Part shown: piece after piece, positions 39,970 through 50,135 of the stretch
How positions within the stretch are numbered: position 1 is the stretch's first letter
Layout: every line of letters starts with the position of its first letter
IMG/VR virus record: IMGVR_UViG_3300025158_000014
Direction: 5' to 3' (one strand)
Source: an uncultured virus (IMG/VR IMGVR_UViG_3300025158_000014)
Lineage: Duplodnaviria > Heunggongvirae > Uroviricota > Caudoviricetes
DNA: 64,000 bases
Notes under the pieces: generated by a model
The model's database searches: none
Seen by the model: only the letters and a program-made list of their open reading frames with translations
Told to the model about the DNA's origin: nothing
Translations under genes and position numbers: made by a program

Positions 39970-41496
39970 TTAGTTTTCTTCTCTGTCCTCTTTCTCTACC
40001 TTCTTCTTTTTTTTATTCTTGATATAATCAGGTCTATTGGTAACCATATAAACTCTAGCAGGATTAACCACTGATCCAGATCTTATCATAAAATCTTTAT
40101 TGATTAGAACAGGTGTTGTTTTATGACTACGATCATTTAAATTAAACGGTACTTTTGAATAATTAACACCTTCAAATGTGACATTTAATTCTACAACTAC
40201 CCTCTTCTCATCCAATTTTTCTTCCGAATCAGAATTATTTTTCATTCTAATTTCGTTTAATTTCGTCCCTGACATCTTTTTACCCATAGTAGACCATGTT
40301 ACCTTAGACCCTTCGACATTAACGTCTTGTGCGTCAAGTGAGGAGCTACCAGCGGCATTTCCGGTGTCAAACCGAGCATGTAATTGACCGATACCCTCGA
40401 TCTCTATGGATTCAATCACACCAATCTGCTGTGGTGGTCTATTCCAATTTATGGTATTCTTTGCATATTGCATCACCATATCAACAATATCTAATTTGGT
40501 CAGTTCCTCTATACCATCTGTACCGGGGGAAGAGTTAACCTCAAGAATATATGGGTTTCCTTCAACATCAAACATGATATCCACGCCGCACCATTTACAC
40601 TGAACTGATTTTGCAGCTTTAACTGCCAATTCTCGTATTTCCTTGGTTGGTCTATATTTACCAGTCTTTCCGCCTAGATGAACGTTTGAACGGAAATCGT
40701 TATCAACGACCTTTCGCTTCATTGCCGCAATAACCTTGTCACCCAAAACATGAAGTCGAACATCATGGTCAGACTTAACGTATCTCTGCAACATCATCTC
40801 AACTTCATCACCAACAGCCCATATAGCTTGAAGTGTGGACTTTAATGCTTTGTACTCATTGACAATGAATACACCTTTCCCCTGAGTACCACTTAATGTC
40901 TTAACAACAACAGGAAATCCACCGCCAACTTTTTTGTGTGCCAACTCAAGCATTTCCTCTGTAGGAACTAGCGCAGTATCAGGAACAGGAAGACCAGCTT
41001 CAACTAGCTTTAATGTTGTTAAATACTTGTCTTCACATGTTTGAATAGAAGACTTTTCGTTCAAGAAACAAAAACGATATCTCTCAAGACGTGACATAAG
41101 GTTTTGTGAATATCGATGAAACATAACACCGCGTCTGGCAATGACAAAAGTTTTATCACGATCAATCTCATGACCTTCTTTATCACCAACGTTATAGATC
41201 TTGATAGTTCCTTCGTCGCCTTTCTCAAGATAAGCAGTGTCAGCGAATGCTGTGTAAAAAGGAACATCATTTTTGCTACACCATTTCTCTATTTTGATGA
41301 TAGTTGGGTTCTTTTTTGACATCTTTCTATTCTTGGAATCGGTAGATGATGTTAGTATAAGGATATTAAACCCTTCAACCTCATCAATATCAACCATTTC
41401 CTCTTCGGGATCAGAGTCAATACCATCTGCTTCATGGATAACAGAATTTAACTTTAACTTTTCAAATTCTTCTTTAAGTGACATTTGATACCCCAT
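39970..41496 (-). CDS. rimK: RimK-family ATP-grasp ligase fused to a retropepsin-like (RimB-like) protease
   Basis: DKY, GTQGKGV, FRSNVHLGG, CGVD, LEVNSSPG; C-terminal ARFDTGN. Confidence 0.85.
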   Translation of the reverse strand: MGYQMSLKEEFEKLKLNSVIHEADGIDSDPEEEMVDIDEVEGFNILILTSSTDSKNRKMSKKNPTIIKIEKWCSKNDVPFYTAFADTAYLEKGDEGTIKIYNVGDKEGHEIDRDKTFVIARRGVMFHRYSQNLMSRLERYRFCFLNEKSSIQTCEDKYLTTLKLVEAGLPVPDTALVPTEEMLELAHKKVGGGFPVVVKTLSGTQGKGVFIVNEYKALKSTLQAIWAVGDEVEMMLQRYVKSDHDVRLHVLGDKVIAAMKRKVVDNDFRSNVHLGGKTGKYRPTKEIRELAVKAAKSVQCKWCGVDIMFDVEGNPYILEVNSSPGTDGIEELTKLDIVDMVMQYAKNTINWNRPPQQIGVIESIEIEGIGQLHARFDTGNAAGSSSLDAQDVNVEGSKVTWSTMGKKMSGTKLNEIRMKNNSDSEEKLDEKRVVVELNVTFEGVNYSKVPFNLNDRSHKTTPVLINKDFMIRSGSVVNPARVYMVTNRPDYIKNKKKKKVEKEDREEN

Positions 41497-41726
41497 TATG
41501 AGTTACTATTTCTAATATCTTTGTCTACCTCAGCGCCCAATTTACGTAAATCGCTGATAATTCTATGAACTTTCTTTCTGATATTAAAATTAATTATTTC
41601 CATTTCCGATATAGTTTCTAATTGAAACTGGATATCCTCAAACATCTTATCAACATCGTTTGCGATATCTTTAGGAGTGTTACGACCATTTAATATTTCT
41701 TTAAGATATTCTCTTATATTACTCAT
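41496..41726 (-). CDS. Small putative internal head protein
   Basis: MSNIREYLKE leader. Confidence 0.5.
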   Translation of the reverse strand: MSNIREYLKEILNGRNTPKDIANDVDKMFEDIQFQLETISEMEIINFNIRKKVHRIISDLRKLGAEVDKDIRNSNS

Positions 41727-41776
41727 TCATTAGACCCTACCTATTAATTATATTTTTCTGTTACATTTATCAGGTC

Positions 41777-43204
41777 TTACTGTAGCTTTTTATCCTTCAT
41801 CTCTTTAGCCACTTCATACATAATAGGTTTGAGTAATTCATCTGGATATCCCTTACCCCAAAAATTCAACCCCTGTACATTGGTGATATCTTTATGACCG
41901 CCTGATTGTGTTGTAATAATATCCCATAGATTTACGGTAATTTTATCTAACATGCTCTTCTGCTTGAATGACAACGAATCAAACTTTGACTTTGATATGC
42001 TTTTGATGAATGAAGTCCAACCACCCTCACTGTCAAGTTCGACACCGTTGACTTGTTTTTGATCAAACATGGCAACAAAGTCTTCCCATTTGAAACCCAT
42101 TGCATCCAAATCACCCTTAATATCACTCTCCATGATACGCTTGATATCACCAAGGCTAACCTTTTTTTTCTGCATCTTTGATTTAAATTTGGACATAATA
42201 TTATTCATAACCAAATCACCTAAATGATAAGGGTTTTTCCCTGATTTAAATGGATTTTTGGAAACCTGAACGAGACCCATAGCCCACCCAATACAAAGAT
42301 AATCAGCATCAGGATAAAGTTTGAATGGTGTATATCTATCATATACATTACTACCACCCATAAAGCCACCACCGTATTGAACAATTGTGTTTCCCCATAA
42401 AGTTGATTGCCCCATTTTCAGCTTAGAGGGGTTTGTCTCTGATTTAACCATGCCACCCTTCTGCTGTGATACATAATTTTCGGTACCCTTTTTAATGACA
42501 TTTGATGGTCTGAATCCATCTTTTTTTGCTAAATCAACGATAACATTGTACATACTAATAAGAGAAGGTTTTGATTTCATAACAACGTCTTGTAGAAAGT
42601 TCTTTTTTCCTTTATTGGCCAGAAGCAATTTATTAACAACCATACCCATAGCAAAGTGATTTTTTTCAACATCTATTGTATCATCATATCCAAACGCTCC
42701 ATTCATAACTTGATCTGGATTAATACCGTGTTTCGCATAATCAGCACTATCAACCATTTTGATGACTTCAAGGTCTTTAGTTGGAAATATTTCACTAGGA
42801 GATATTTTTGCTGAAATTGCTGCTACGTTAGCAGGATCATGAGCAAAATCAGTTGAAGTGGTTGTATTAACACCCGTCTGACCATCATGGTGATCTGTAT
42901 GAATATCAAGAAAAGGTTTGCCATGGGCAAAATCAACCATCCATGTTAACGTTCCCTTTTGTGGCTTTGCGGCTTTAAACTCGTTCCCTCCATAATTAAT
43001 GGGTATGACTTTTGTTGTTTTAATACCATATCGCTCAAGATAGGATTTCATACCAAGGGCTGAGGTTACACCATCTAAGTCCATATGAAAATAACCAGTT
43101 GCAGTCTTATATTTCTTGGCCAAATCTTTGATATTACGAAGACCTGACTCGTTTACCTTACTATGTACCGCTTCTGCTTGCTCTAAATGTTCAAATATAT
43201 TCAT
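41777..43204 (-). CDS. Divergent DHH-family phosphoesterase, likely virion-associated
   Basis: HMDLDG, VDFAH, TDHH, SGGH; N-terminal leader ending VNE. Confidence 0.7.
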   Translation of the reverse strand: MNIFEHLEQAEAVHSKVNESGLRNIKDLAKKYKTATGYFHMDLDGVTSALGMKSYLERYGIKTTKVIPINYGGNEFKAAKPQKGTLTWMVDFAHGKPFLDIHTDHHDGQTGVNTTTSTDFAHDPANVAAISAKISPSEIFPTKDLEVIKMVDSADYAKHGINPDQVMNGAFGYDDTIDVEKNHFAMGMVVNKLLLANKGKKNFLQDVVMKSKPSLISMYNVIVDLAKKDGFRPSNVIKKGTENYVSQQKGGMVKSETNPSKLKMGQSTLWGNTIVQYGGGFMGGSNVYDRYTPFKLYPDADYLCIGWAMGLVQVSKNPFKSGKNPYHLGDLVMNNIMSKFKSKMQKKKVSLGDIKRIMESDIKGDLDAMGFKWEDFVAMFDQKQVNGVELDSEGGWTSFIKSISKSKFDSLSFKQKSMLDKITVNLWDIITTQSGGHKDITNVQGLNFWGKGYPDELLKPIMYEVAKEMKDKKLQ

Positions 43205-43283
43205 ACTAACTCCTAGTTATAATTTATATTAGTATTTATCTTATATTACTACATATATACTTTGACCGATATTAAAACTCTAT

Positions 43284-43943
43284 TCACAATAACTTGGTCA
43301 ATTCATCCTCAAAAAACGGGTCTATCAGGTAGTATTCTTTGCATCTCCACATAGATTCAAAAGTCCTCTGACTTAACCACGTTTTCATACCACTATCTCT
43401 GAAACCTTCAACCCTTTTCTTCCATTTTTCAAGTTTCTTACGATCATAGTCATCATCCCCATTAGTACCAGCAATATCATTAATAAGTTCACCATTTTTA
43501 TCAAAGTTTATGACACGATGTGGTGTGTTTATAAATAAATCATCAACGTCAGGGTTATATATGTATTTGTATTGACCTATTGGCATGAATATCAATCCGT
43601 AACCATAAGTATAAGTCTCGCTATAATTATGTGTTGCAAATACACCAGTATTACGAGGCATCCAACCAAATTTCTTTTTAAATATTTTATTCAAATAATC
43701 CTGTATGTCCTGTCTCATGTTCATAGGTTTTCTATTCATACGAGGTTTTTTCTTGAATATGGCAAATTTATCTTTATCATTCTTACCCAGAGACCTAACG
43801 CCACGATAGAAATACCAATCAGTACCAAATTCACGAAGATATGGTGCGCATTTTCTTTTAAGTTCATCAGCAATCTCTTCGACAGAATTAAATTCAACCC
43901 TTTCAGCCGAGGATTCTTCGGTTATATATCGAACTAATCTCAT
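43284..43943 (-). CDS. ADP-ribosyltransferase-like paralog
   Basis: MRLVRYITE; FYRG, GVFAT..YG, FESMW. Confidence 0.55.
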   Translation of the reverse strand: MRLVRYITEESSAERVEFNSVEEIADELKRKCAPYLREFGTDWYFYRGVRSLGKNDKDKFAIFKKKPRMNRKPMNMRQDIQDYLNKIFKKKFGWMPRNTGVFATHNYSETYTYGYGLIFMPIGQYKYIYNPDVDDLFINTPHRVINFDKNGELINDIAGTNGDDDYDRKKLEKWKKRVEGFRDSGMKTWLSQRTFESMWRCKEYYLIDPFFEDELTKLL

Positions 43944-44590
43944 TAATACCTCTCAATGCCCAGATATTTTGATAATTCATCTATGATAACCATGTCAACA
44001 TAATAGTAACCATTAGGGCAATTAAATATAACCTCTCGTGCTTGTTTATCACGCCAAGCTTTTTTTAGATTACCGCCGAAATAACCATCAACCAAAAAAT
44101 CAACATCCTTCTGTTCCAAAAAATACAAAGGATCTTTATAACGTAATCTAAGTTCAGATTCTATTTGGCTTTGTGCTATAAAAAAATCATAATGATCTTC
44201 TGAATACACAAACTTATACCCATTCACAGGAAACATTAAATATAAGTTTTTTCCGTACCCCCTAGACATACCGGGTCTTGTTGCGGTAAACACTCCCTCA
44301 CTTCTGACTTTCCAACCAAATTTTTTCATGAATGATTTGTCTGCCATATCGTGGACACGTTTTCTTGTATCAACAGGTCTTCGATTCAGCCTTGGTTTTT
44401 GTTTAGAGATAAAAACGCCCCTTTCCAATTGTCGGTTAGTCCCTCTATAAAGAAACCCCCCAGTCTCTCTTATAAACAGAGAACAATCCTTTTGTAATAT
44501 TGTTAAAACATTATCAAGATCTGGATCCTCTCCACGTATTCTGGTACCTTGCTCCGTGATAAGGTCTGTTATGTACTGTTCAAATTTCAC
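43943..44590 (-). CDS. ADP-ribosyltransferase-like paralog
   Basis: MKFEQYITD; LYRG, GVFTAT..YG, REVIF. Confidence 0.55.
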   Translation of the reverse strand: MKFEQYITDLITEQGTRIRGEDPDLDNVLTILQKDCSLFIRETGGFLYRGTNRQLERGVFISKQKPRLNRRPVDTRKRVHDMADKSFMKKFGWKVRSEGVFTATRPGMSRGYGKNLYLMFPVNGYKFVYSEDHYDFFIAQSQIESELRLRYKDPLYFLEQKDVDFLVDGYFGGNLKKAWRDKQAREVIFNCPNGYYYVDMVIIDELSKYLGIERY

Positions 44591-44620
44591 TAAAAATACC
44601 CTCTACAATTCAACTTAATT

Positions 44621-45364
44621 TTATTGGGATGCGGCGATTTTCTCTCGTATTTTTCTGACCGCAGGTAATTCCGATTTTGCTGTATGTTTAATTCCAGTAT
44701 AAAATATGGCTAACATAAGGTTGTATATTGTTCTACCCAACCATGGAACAGAAATAATAGATCCCGTGGCAAACAAACCAATCAACATCAGCCCGTCAGG
44801 AGATCCAAAAATGTCCTCAAGACTATAAGCACCCTTCAATGCTAATGCTATATTTGTGAAATCGAAATCATAATCCAAATTACCTATAAATGTCATCTGA
44901 GTCCACATAAAAAATAACAGCCCTGCAACAACCGATCCAGTAACTTTCTTAAGTAGAGGATACTTTTCGGCAAACTCATCAAACTTAATCGTCCCCTGTC
45001 GTATCTTCTGATATATTTTGGTTTTGTATAATTCACTGAATATCTCAAACAATCCTTGTCTAATAAACATCGTCAGAGTATTGACAGACTTAAAAATAAC
45101 TTTTAATGAAAACCCAAATGATTTAAGCAACTTGAACATATTCTTTTCACTAAAAGCATTGATTATCTCTACGGCACTTAGACCAAAATCAAATATCATC
45201 TGATCGAGAATTTCGCCCGCCTCTTTAAACTTCCTGACAATAAACCCGACCGCCTTGTCCTTTAAATCAACAAGACCCTCGTCTACACCAAAGTAATAGT
45301 TTATTCCTTGGATGTATTGTTCATATGTAACATCAGATTCATTTATATACTGCTCAAATCTCAT
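44621..45364 (-). CDS. Membrane protein with capsid-targeting-like leader
   Basis: MRFEQYINE; C-terminal hydrophobic helices. Confidence 0.55.
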   Translation of the reverse strand: MRFEQYINESDVTYEQYIQGINYYFGVDEGLVDLKDKAVGFIVRKFKEAGEILDQMIFDFGLSAVEIINAFSEKNMFKLLKSFGFSLKVIFKSVNTLTMFIRQGLFEIFSELYKTKIYQKIRQGTIKFDEFAEKYPLLKKVTGSVVAGLLFFMWTQMTFIGNLDYDFDFTNIALALKGAYSLEDIFGSPDGLMLIGLFATGSIISVPWLGRTIYNLMLAIFYTGIKHTAKSELPAVRKIREKIAASQ

Positions 45365-46100
45365 ATAAATATTCTCCCTGTGAAGAACTAACCATCACCG
45401 TCTTTGTTGACCACCACACTTCCTTGTTAAACGGTAATACATCACCAACCTTTCGCAAAACAAACCCATTCTTTGCCGGATCAAGGTAATCAGTACACGC
45501 CTGTAACATGTTACCATTGTAAAACTCCTTAAAAAAACGGGACACTGGCTTATTTTTATGCGGCGAGCTTAATACCTCATCCATTTTTTCAAATTGTTTA
45601 AGTAAAGTTCCCCATTTATCAGAAGGTGATTCCTTTATATACGTTTCGAATGCAAACTTAAGATCTTCATTGAAAGTATCAAGCGAAGGACTAAAGGAAT
45701 CCCATAAATCATCCTCTGGACATACACCAATATCAGTACCATCAATGGGTAGCATTATATAAGTTTTTCCTATGTGACGATCGACCCTGCTGGGGCTTGA
45801 AGCACCAATTACTGACTTACTTCTCTTTGGATATTTGTTCCATAACGACATATTATCCATCATAACAGTATAATAATTATAGGTATATCGAGAATCTCTT
45901 TTGAATCTTGATGGTTCAACAACACCATAGTCATTTGTGTAATTTTCGGAACTTCTATATAAACCACGACCCTCTGTATACATTCTCAGTGAATTACTGC
46001 ATCTCTTTTTAATGAATTCAAACGCATCTTCACGACTGATCGGCTTGGTTCGACCACTAGTTCGTTTAGAATCCTCTATTAAAAAATTTTCTAATCTCAT
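45354..46100 (-). CDS. ADP-ribosyltransferase-like paralog
   Basis: MRLENFLIE; LYRS, SVIGASS, KEVWW. Confidence 0.5.
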   Translation of the reverse strand: MRLENFLIEDSKRTSGRTKPISREDAFEFIKKRCSNSLRMYTEGRGLYRSSENYTNDYGVVEPSRFKRDSRYTYNYYTVMMDNMSLWNKYPKRSKSVIGASSPSRVDRHIGKTYIMLPIDGTDIGVCPEDDLWDSFSPSLDTFNEDLKFAFETYIKESPSDKWGTLLKQFEKMDEVLSSPHKNKPVSRFFKEFYNGNMLQACTDYLDPAKNGFVLRKVGDVLPFNKEVWWSTKTVMVSSSQGEYLYEI

Positions 46101-46115
46101 AGTAGCTCCTAAATA

Positions 46116-46952
46116 TCAATCAATCTGCGGTAAATTGTGACGATGCAAGAAAAAACAAGCCTCTCCTTGTTCATACAACAATCTCCCTATATCATCAAAG
46201 GTAATATAACACTCACCATTCATCCCCCATGACTTACCCCATGAATTATGTATAGTGAATCTTTGTTTGGATACATTAACAGAATTAACTAAAACACAAT
46301 GACCACCAGCTATTTCACCTTTTGCATAGATATATCCATTAGAATCAGGATAGAACATTCCGGTATACCAATTAATCCCAATTACTGCTGGACCGTTATA
46401 TCCAACACCCAATATCAAGTCCTCCAATCCGAATGCCCAACGATACTCCTCTATCCACCCGAGTTTCTTCGCAACCTTGGCTCCAGCCAAAACACTCGTC
46501 CCTTCATAAAACGGGAATCCTCCGGGATATGACCCACCATTCCATTCATCGATTTTCTGTGCTTCCCAATATATTTTTTCTTTGGCATATCGTTCCGTGA
46601 TACCTCTGACTTCTGCTGGTCTGGCGATCAATTCATGGGCAATACCAAAACCAACACAGGCTCCATCAGGTCCCTGATCCAGTTGAGCATCGCATCTCCA
46701 TGTATAGGAACGTCTCTTCTTGGTACTGACTGTCGACCTTATACCATATCCACGACTACGTTCATCGAACTGGACTATACGATCAAGTCTAGCGTCACTC
46801 GTAATAACATGACCCTTCAATAATATACTTCCGTCAACTCGCATCTCATTTACAATTGAATTGAGTTTTTCGTCTTCAAGCTTCTTGATGTGTTTCATTT
46901 CTTTAACTTTTTCCAGATAATCATTATGTCTTGATTGTACAGTGCTACCCAT
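46116..46952 (-). CDS. Papain-like C1 cysteine peptidase
   Basis: DQGPDGACVGF, GGHCV, HNSWG..WG.NG. Confidence 0.88.
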   Translation of the reverse strand: MGSTVQSRHNDYLEKVKEMKHIKKLEDEKLNSIVNEMRVDGSILLKGHVITSDARLDRIVQFDERSRGYGIRSTVSTKKRRSYTWRCDAQLDQGPDGACVGFGIAHELIARPAEVRGITERYAKEKIYWEAQKIDEWNGGSYPGGFPFYEGTSVLAGAKVAKKLGWIEEYRWAFGLEDLILGVGYNGPAVIGINWYTGMFYPDSNGYIYAKGEIAGGHCVLVNSVNVSKQRFTIHNSWGKSWGMNGECYITFDDIGRLLYEQGEACFFLHRHNLPQID

Positions 46953-46970
46953 ATCAAATCTCCTTTGTTT

Positions 46971-47804
46971 TTATTGAATATAAGCTTCCATTTTATCTTT
47001 AAAACTTGGATCATTCCATAGACTCAATTCAACTAAAATACAGTAACCATCAGTCCATACCTCTTTTCTGCGGGGAATGGCATTACCGACCTTTTTTAAT
47101 TGAAAATTTTTATCAGGTTCCATGACTGTTTTATAAAATCCAAAAAGGTCTTTGCTATCGAACCACATATCAATCAAATTATCCGTCGGACTGTAACTTG
47201 ATAAAATTTTTGACAAATCTTTTCTTATGTCACGGTCAGTATTCATTCGCCCTATTATATCATTTATCGTTGAAAGCTTTGACCAAGATCCGTCATAGGG
47301 TCTGGCTATAGTAGGATAATTATAACTCTTTTCTTCTATATAACCCATATATGACCAAATAGTATCATCAACAAACGCATTTATTTGACCTAAATCTTCG
47401 CCGGTACTTTTATAACTTACAGAAAATATATCATCGTAATTAACAACACCCACTGTAGACCCATCTTCTGGAAGAACAACATAAAGTCTGTTCCCATAAG
47501 ACATAGCTTTACCCATATCAGTAGAACATATAACACTTTCACTTCTTTTGGGATATCCCGAGAAAGTACCTCCATTGTCCATGAAAAGGGTATAATAATT
47601 AAAGGTGTTTCTGGATTCTCTTTTTCTGTTCTGCTTAGGATCAATCTCCATAACAGTACCTTTACCAAGTACACCACGAAAGATAAGATTATTTTTAAGT
47701 GATCTATTATAAGCCTTCATGCATCTTTTGGATATAATCTCAAGACCCTTATCAAGGTTAATACTTTTGCTCCTGCCTTCATTTAAGTAATGTTCTAATT
47801 TCAT
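46971..47804 (-). CDS. ADP-ribosyltransferase-like paralog
   Basis: MKLEHYLNE; IFRG, SVICST..A.SYG, KEVW. Confidence 0.55.
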   Translation of the reverse strand: MKLEHYLNEGRSKSINLDKGLEIISKRCMKAYNRSLKNNLIFRGVLGKGTVMEIDPKQNRKRESRNTFNYYTLFMDNGGTFSGYPKRSESVICSTDMGKAMSYGNRLYVVLPEDGSTVGVVNYDDIFSVSYKSTGEDLGQINAFVDDTIWSYMGYIEEKSYNYPTIARPYDGSWSKLSTINDIIGRMNTDRDIRKDLSKILSSYSPTDNLIDMWFDSKDLFGFYKTVMEPDKNFQLKKVGNAIPRRKEVWTDGYCILVELSLWNDPSFKDKMEAYIQ

Positions 47805-48174
47805 AATGATTTCTTAAGCCTTTGTAAGAATTTCGTATCAAATGCATTATTTTCGAATGATACGATATAATATTCATAACATTTGAACATGGCCTCATGG
47901 GATGACTCTGCTTTCCACCCATGATATTTAAAAAACAACTCATCCATGAGATCATGTAAATGTTTCGGAGTGTCTTTAGGAACCATTTTTCGTCTCGACC
48001 TGACTTTTAGGATATAATCACTCATCTCTTTTTGTGTGCCACGATATACGGGGTTATATGGTTGTACTCCAAACTCTTTAATGAATGGTTGACAATCCCT
48101 TTTGAGGACATCAATGATATCATCCATTTCCAGTTCGCGCTTTGTTGGTTCTTCTTCATTTTATACAGTTTCAT
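47801..48174 (-). pseudogene. Internally deleted ADP-ribosyltransferase-like paralog
   Basis: VYRG...GWK joins directly to HEAMFKC, so the central part is missing; leader is frameshifted. Confidence 0.6.
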
Positions 48175-48860
48175 TACGACCTCGATATATAAAGAGTGCC
48201 ATCTTTTATTTTTCCGGTTAAAAAATATTCCTTAATATATTTATGATAATCCACGTCGATCAAATAATATCCGCTACACTTCCATACGACTTCTATGACA
48301 TAGTGGTGACCGTTGACGTTCTGATATTTTTTCAGCCCTTTATCTGTATATTTTGGTAAAAATTCCTCAATATACGATTTGCCTTTATTATACGCAAATT
48401 TATCAGACGTGTCGCCTTCTTTGTATTTTTTTATCCATTCATATGTGATAGAAAAATCAGCTATATCAATCACATCTTTGTTGTAGAGATAACTGTATGC
48501 TCCGACTGGAAAGAATAGAAACGATTTATTCCCATATTTAAGCGAATTACGATAGTCTGTTGATGTGTATACCCCCTCTGAACGCCATTTCCACCCCCAT
48601 TTTTTCTTACTCCATTCATCGAGAAAATAATGCATCAACAACTCGGAATCCTTCGGTCTTCTGTCCTGTCTTGCTGTACGATACATAACTGCATGTGTAT
48701 TAATATTTGTCCCCCGGAAAAAACGGCTACCGGATACATTAAATTCCTTTAACCACGGAGCGCAGTCTTTCTTGATCATTTCACAAACATCAATTAGGTC
48801 TGATACATTTTTAATATCTCTACTCTGATACCCCTCGGTCAAATAATGTTCAAGTCTCAT
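48174..48860 (-). CDS. ADP-ribosyltransferase-like paralog
   Basis: MRLEHYLTE; FFRG, GVYTST..YG, IEVVW. Confidence 0.58.
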   Translation of the reverse strand: MRLEHYLTEGYQSRDIKNVSDLIDVCEMIKKDCAPWLKEFNVSGSRFFRGTNINTHAVMYRTARQDRRPKDSELLMHYFLDEWSKKKWGWKWRSEGVYTSTDYRNSLKYGNKSFLFFPVGAYSYLYNKDVIDIADFSITYEWIKKYKEGDTSDKFAYNKGKSYIEEFLPKYTDKGLKKYQNVNGHHYVIEVVWKCSGYYLIDVDYHKYIKEYFLTGKIKDGTLYISRS

Positions 48861-49503
48861 GATAAAATTTCTCCTCCAACCGTTTAAAGCCAAAATCAAT
48901 CAATTTCTTAAAAAAATACGCGAACATAGGTAATAATACTATATTTATAAAAGGGTTTTTGGCATCAATTTTGAACAATGTCATAACATCTTCGATTTCT
49001 TTGGCAATATGCCCCTTCTCTGACAGATATGCTTGTTTTTCCTTTTCTAATTCATCAATGCGATTTTGTAACTTATCGACAATAGGTTCTACAGGAACCG
49101 GTGTGACTGATGAAGGTTCAGGACATCCATCCTCACGAACAACCATATTAAGTGGAGTATTTGGGCATTTATCATAGGTATCCGGGACATTATCACTATC
49201 ACTATCACTATCTATGGGATATGGTGATGCGGCAATTGGTGGCGAAGCCGGTAATCGTGACGGTTCAACTATCATAGCTAATGATTCATCACGATACGCA
49301 CGTTGTACTTGTCTCAACTCCATTTGCTTGGTCTCGATATCTTCAACTGCGGTATCAATTAAATTGTTATTCAGCTTGATCTGTGCATAAGTAGCTTGCT
49401 CTACTTGGACATAATTGATATAGTTGGTGTATCCCCATATACCTAAAATAATGAATCCAACTATTAAGTAAATAAAAAATCTCGTCCACCTGAATTTTTC
49501 CAT
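48850..49503 (-). CDS. Two-TM coiled-coil protein with a thrombospondin type-3-like Ca-binding repeat
   Basis: DSDSDNVPDTYDKCPNTP....DGCP; ATG at 49503 after AGGAG. Confidence 0.6.
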   Translation of the reverse strand: MEKFRWTRFFIYLIVGFIILGIWGYTNYINYVQVEQATYAQIKLNNNLIDTAVEDIETKQMELRQVQRAYRDESLAMIVEPSRLPASPPIAASPYPIDSDSDSDNVPDTYDKCPNTPLNMVVREDGCPEPSSVTPVPVEPIVDKLQNRIDELEKEKQAYLSEKGHIAKEIEDVMTLFKIDAKNPFINIVLLPMFAYFFKKLIDFGFKRLEEKFYHET

Positions 49504-49686
49504 AAAAAATCTCCTGAGAGTTATGTAAATATTTATGAAAACTTGATATACGATAGTGACTGTGATATGATAATTAAATGAGGGAATATTCGGAACAATA
49601 TAAACCCAATGAATTGAATGTTGACTGTCACCCGGATGATTAAACCTTATTAGAATGATCATATTTTTAGAAGATTTATTTGAGAT

Positions 49687-50070
49687 ATGAAGCGGAAGAA
49701 ATTGACATACGAACCAAGGGAACCACAATCACGTGCTTCCCTTTTAGCATTGAGATTTCAGTATCTTAGTGACCCAATGGTTGACAGTCGTGAGCCATGT
49801 GAAGTATGGCTTGACTTTCGTATGTCACTTCTGTCTCAATGGGAAAAAGAACGCGGTACACTCACCTGTCATTACTGTGGACGTGACAATCTACAGAAGG
49901 TTACGGAGGGTGTTGAACCTCGCAACCAAGCAACTCTTGACCATGTTATGCCACGTGCAAGGGGGGGCGCGGAATTTGATGAATCGAATCTTGTAGTTGC
50001 GTGTAGACCATGCAACGAACGCAAAGCAGATAACCCGCCCACGAAAATAATTCTTGCTGAAAATCCTTGA
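49687..50070 (+). CDS. HNH endonuclease
   Basis: CHYCG, TLDHVMPRARGG, NLVVACRPCN. Confidence 0.88.
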   Translation: MKRKKLTYEPREPQSRASLLALRFQYLSDPMVDSREPCEVWLDFRMSLLSQWEKERGTLTCHYCGRDNLQKVTEGVEPRNQATLDHVMPRARGGAEFDESNLVVACRPCNERKADNPPTKIILAENP

Positions 50071-50135
50071 CTATAAACGGGATCGATGTTAATCTGTAGT
50101 TGTGATTGACGTTAACCCTTCTTTGTGAGGACACT

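Noticed and set aside
49504..49728. N-terminal extension of the 48850-49728 ORF
   Set aside because: Overlaps a divergent promoter region; the SD supports a start at 49503.
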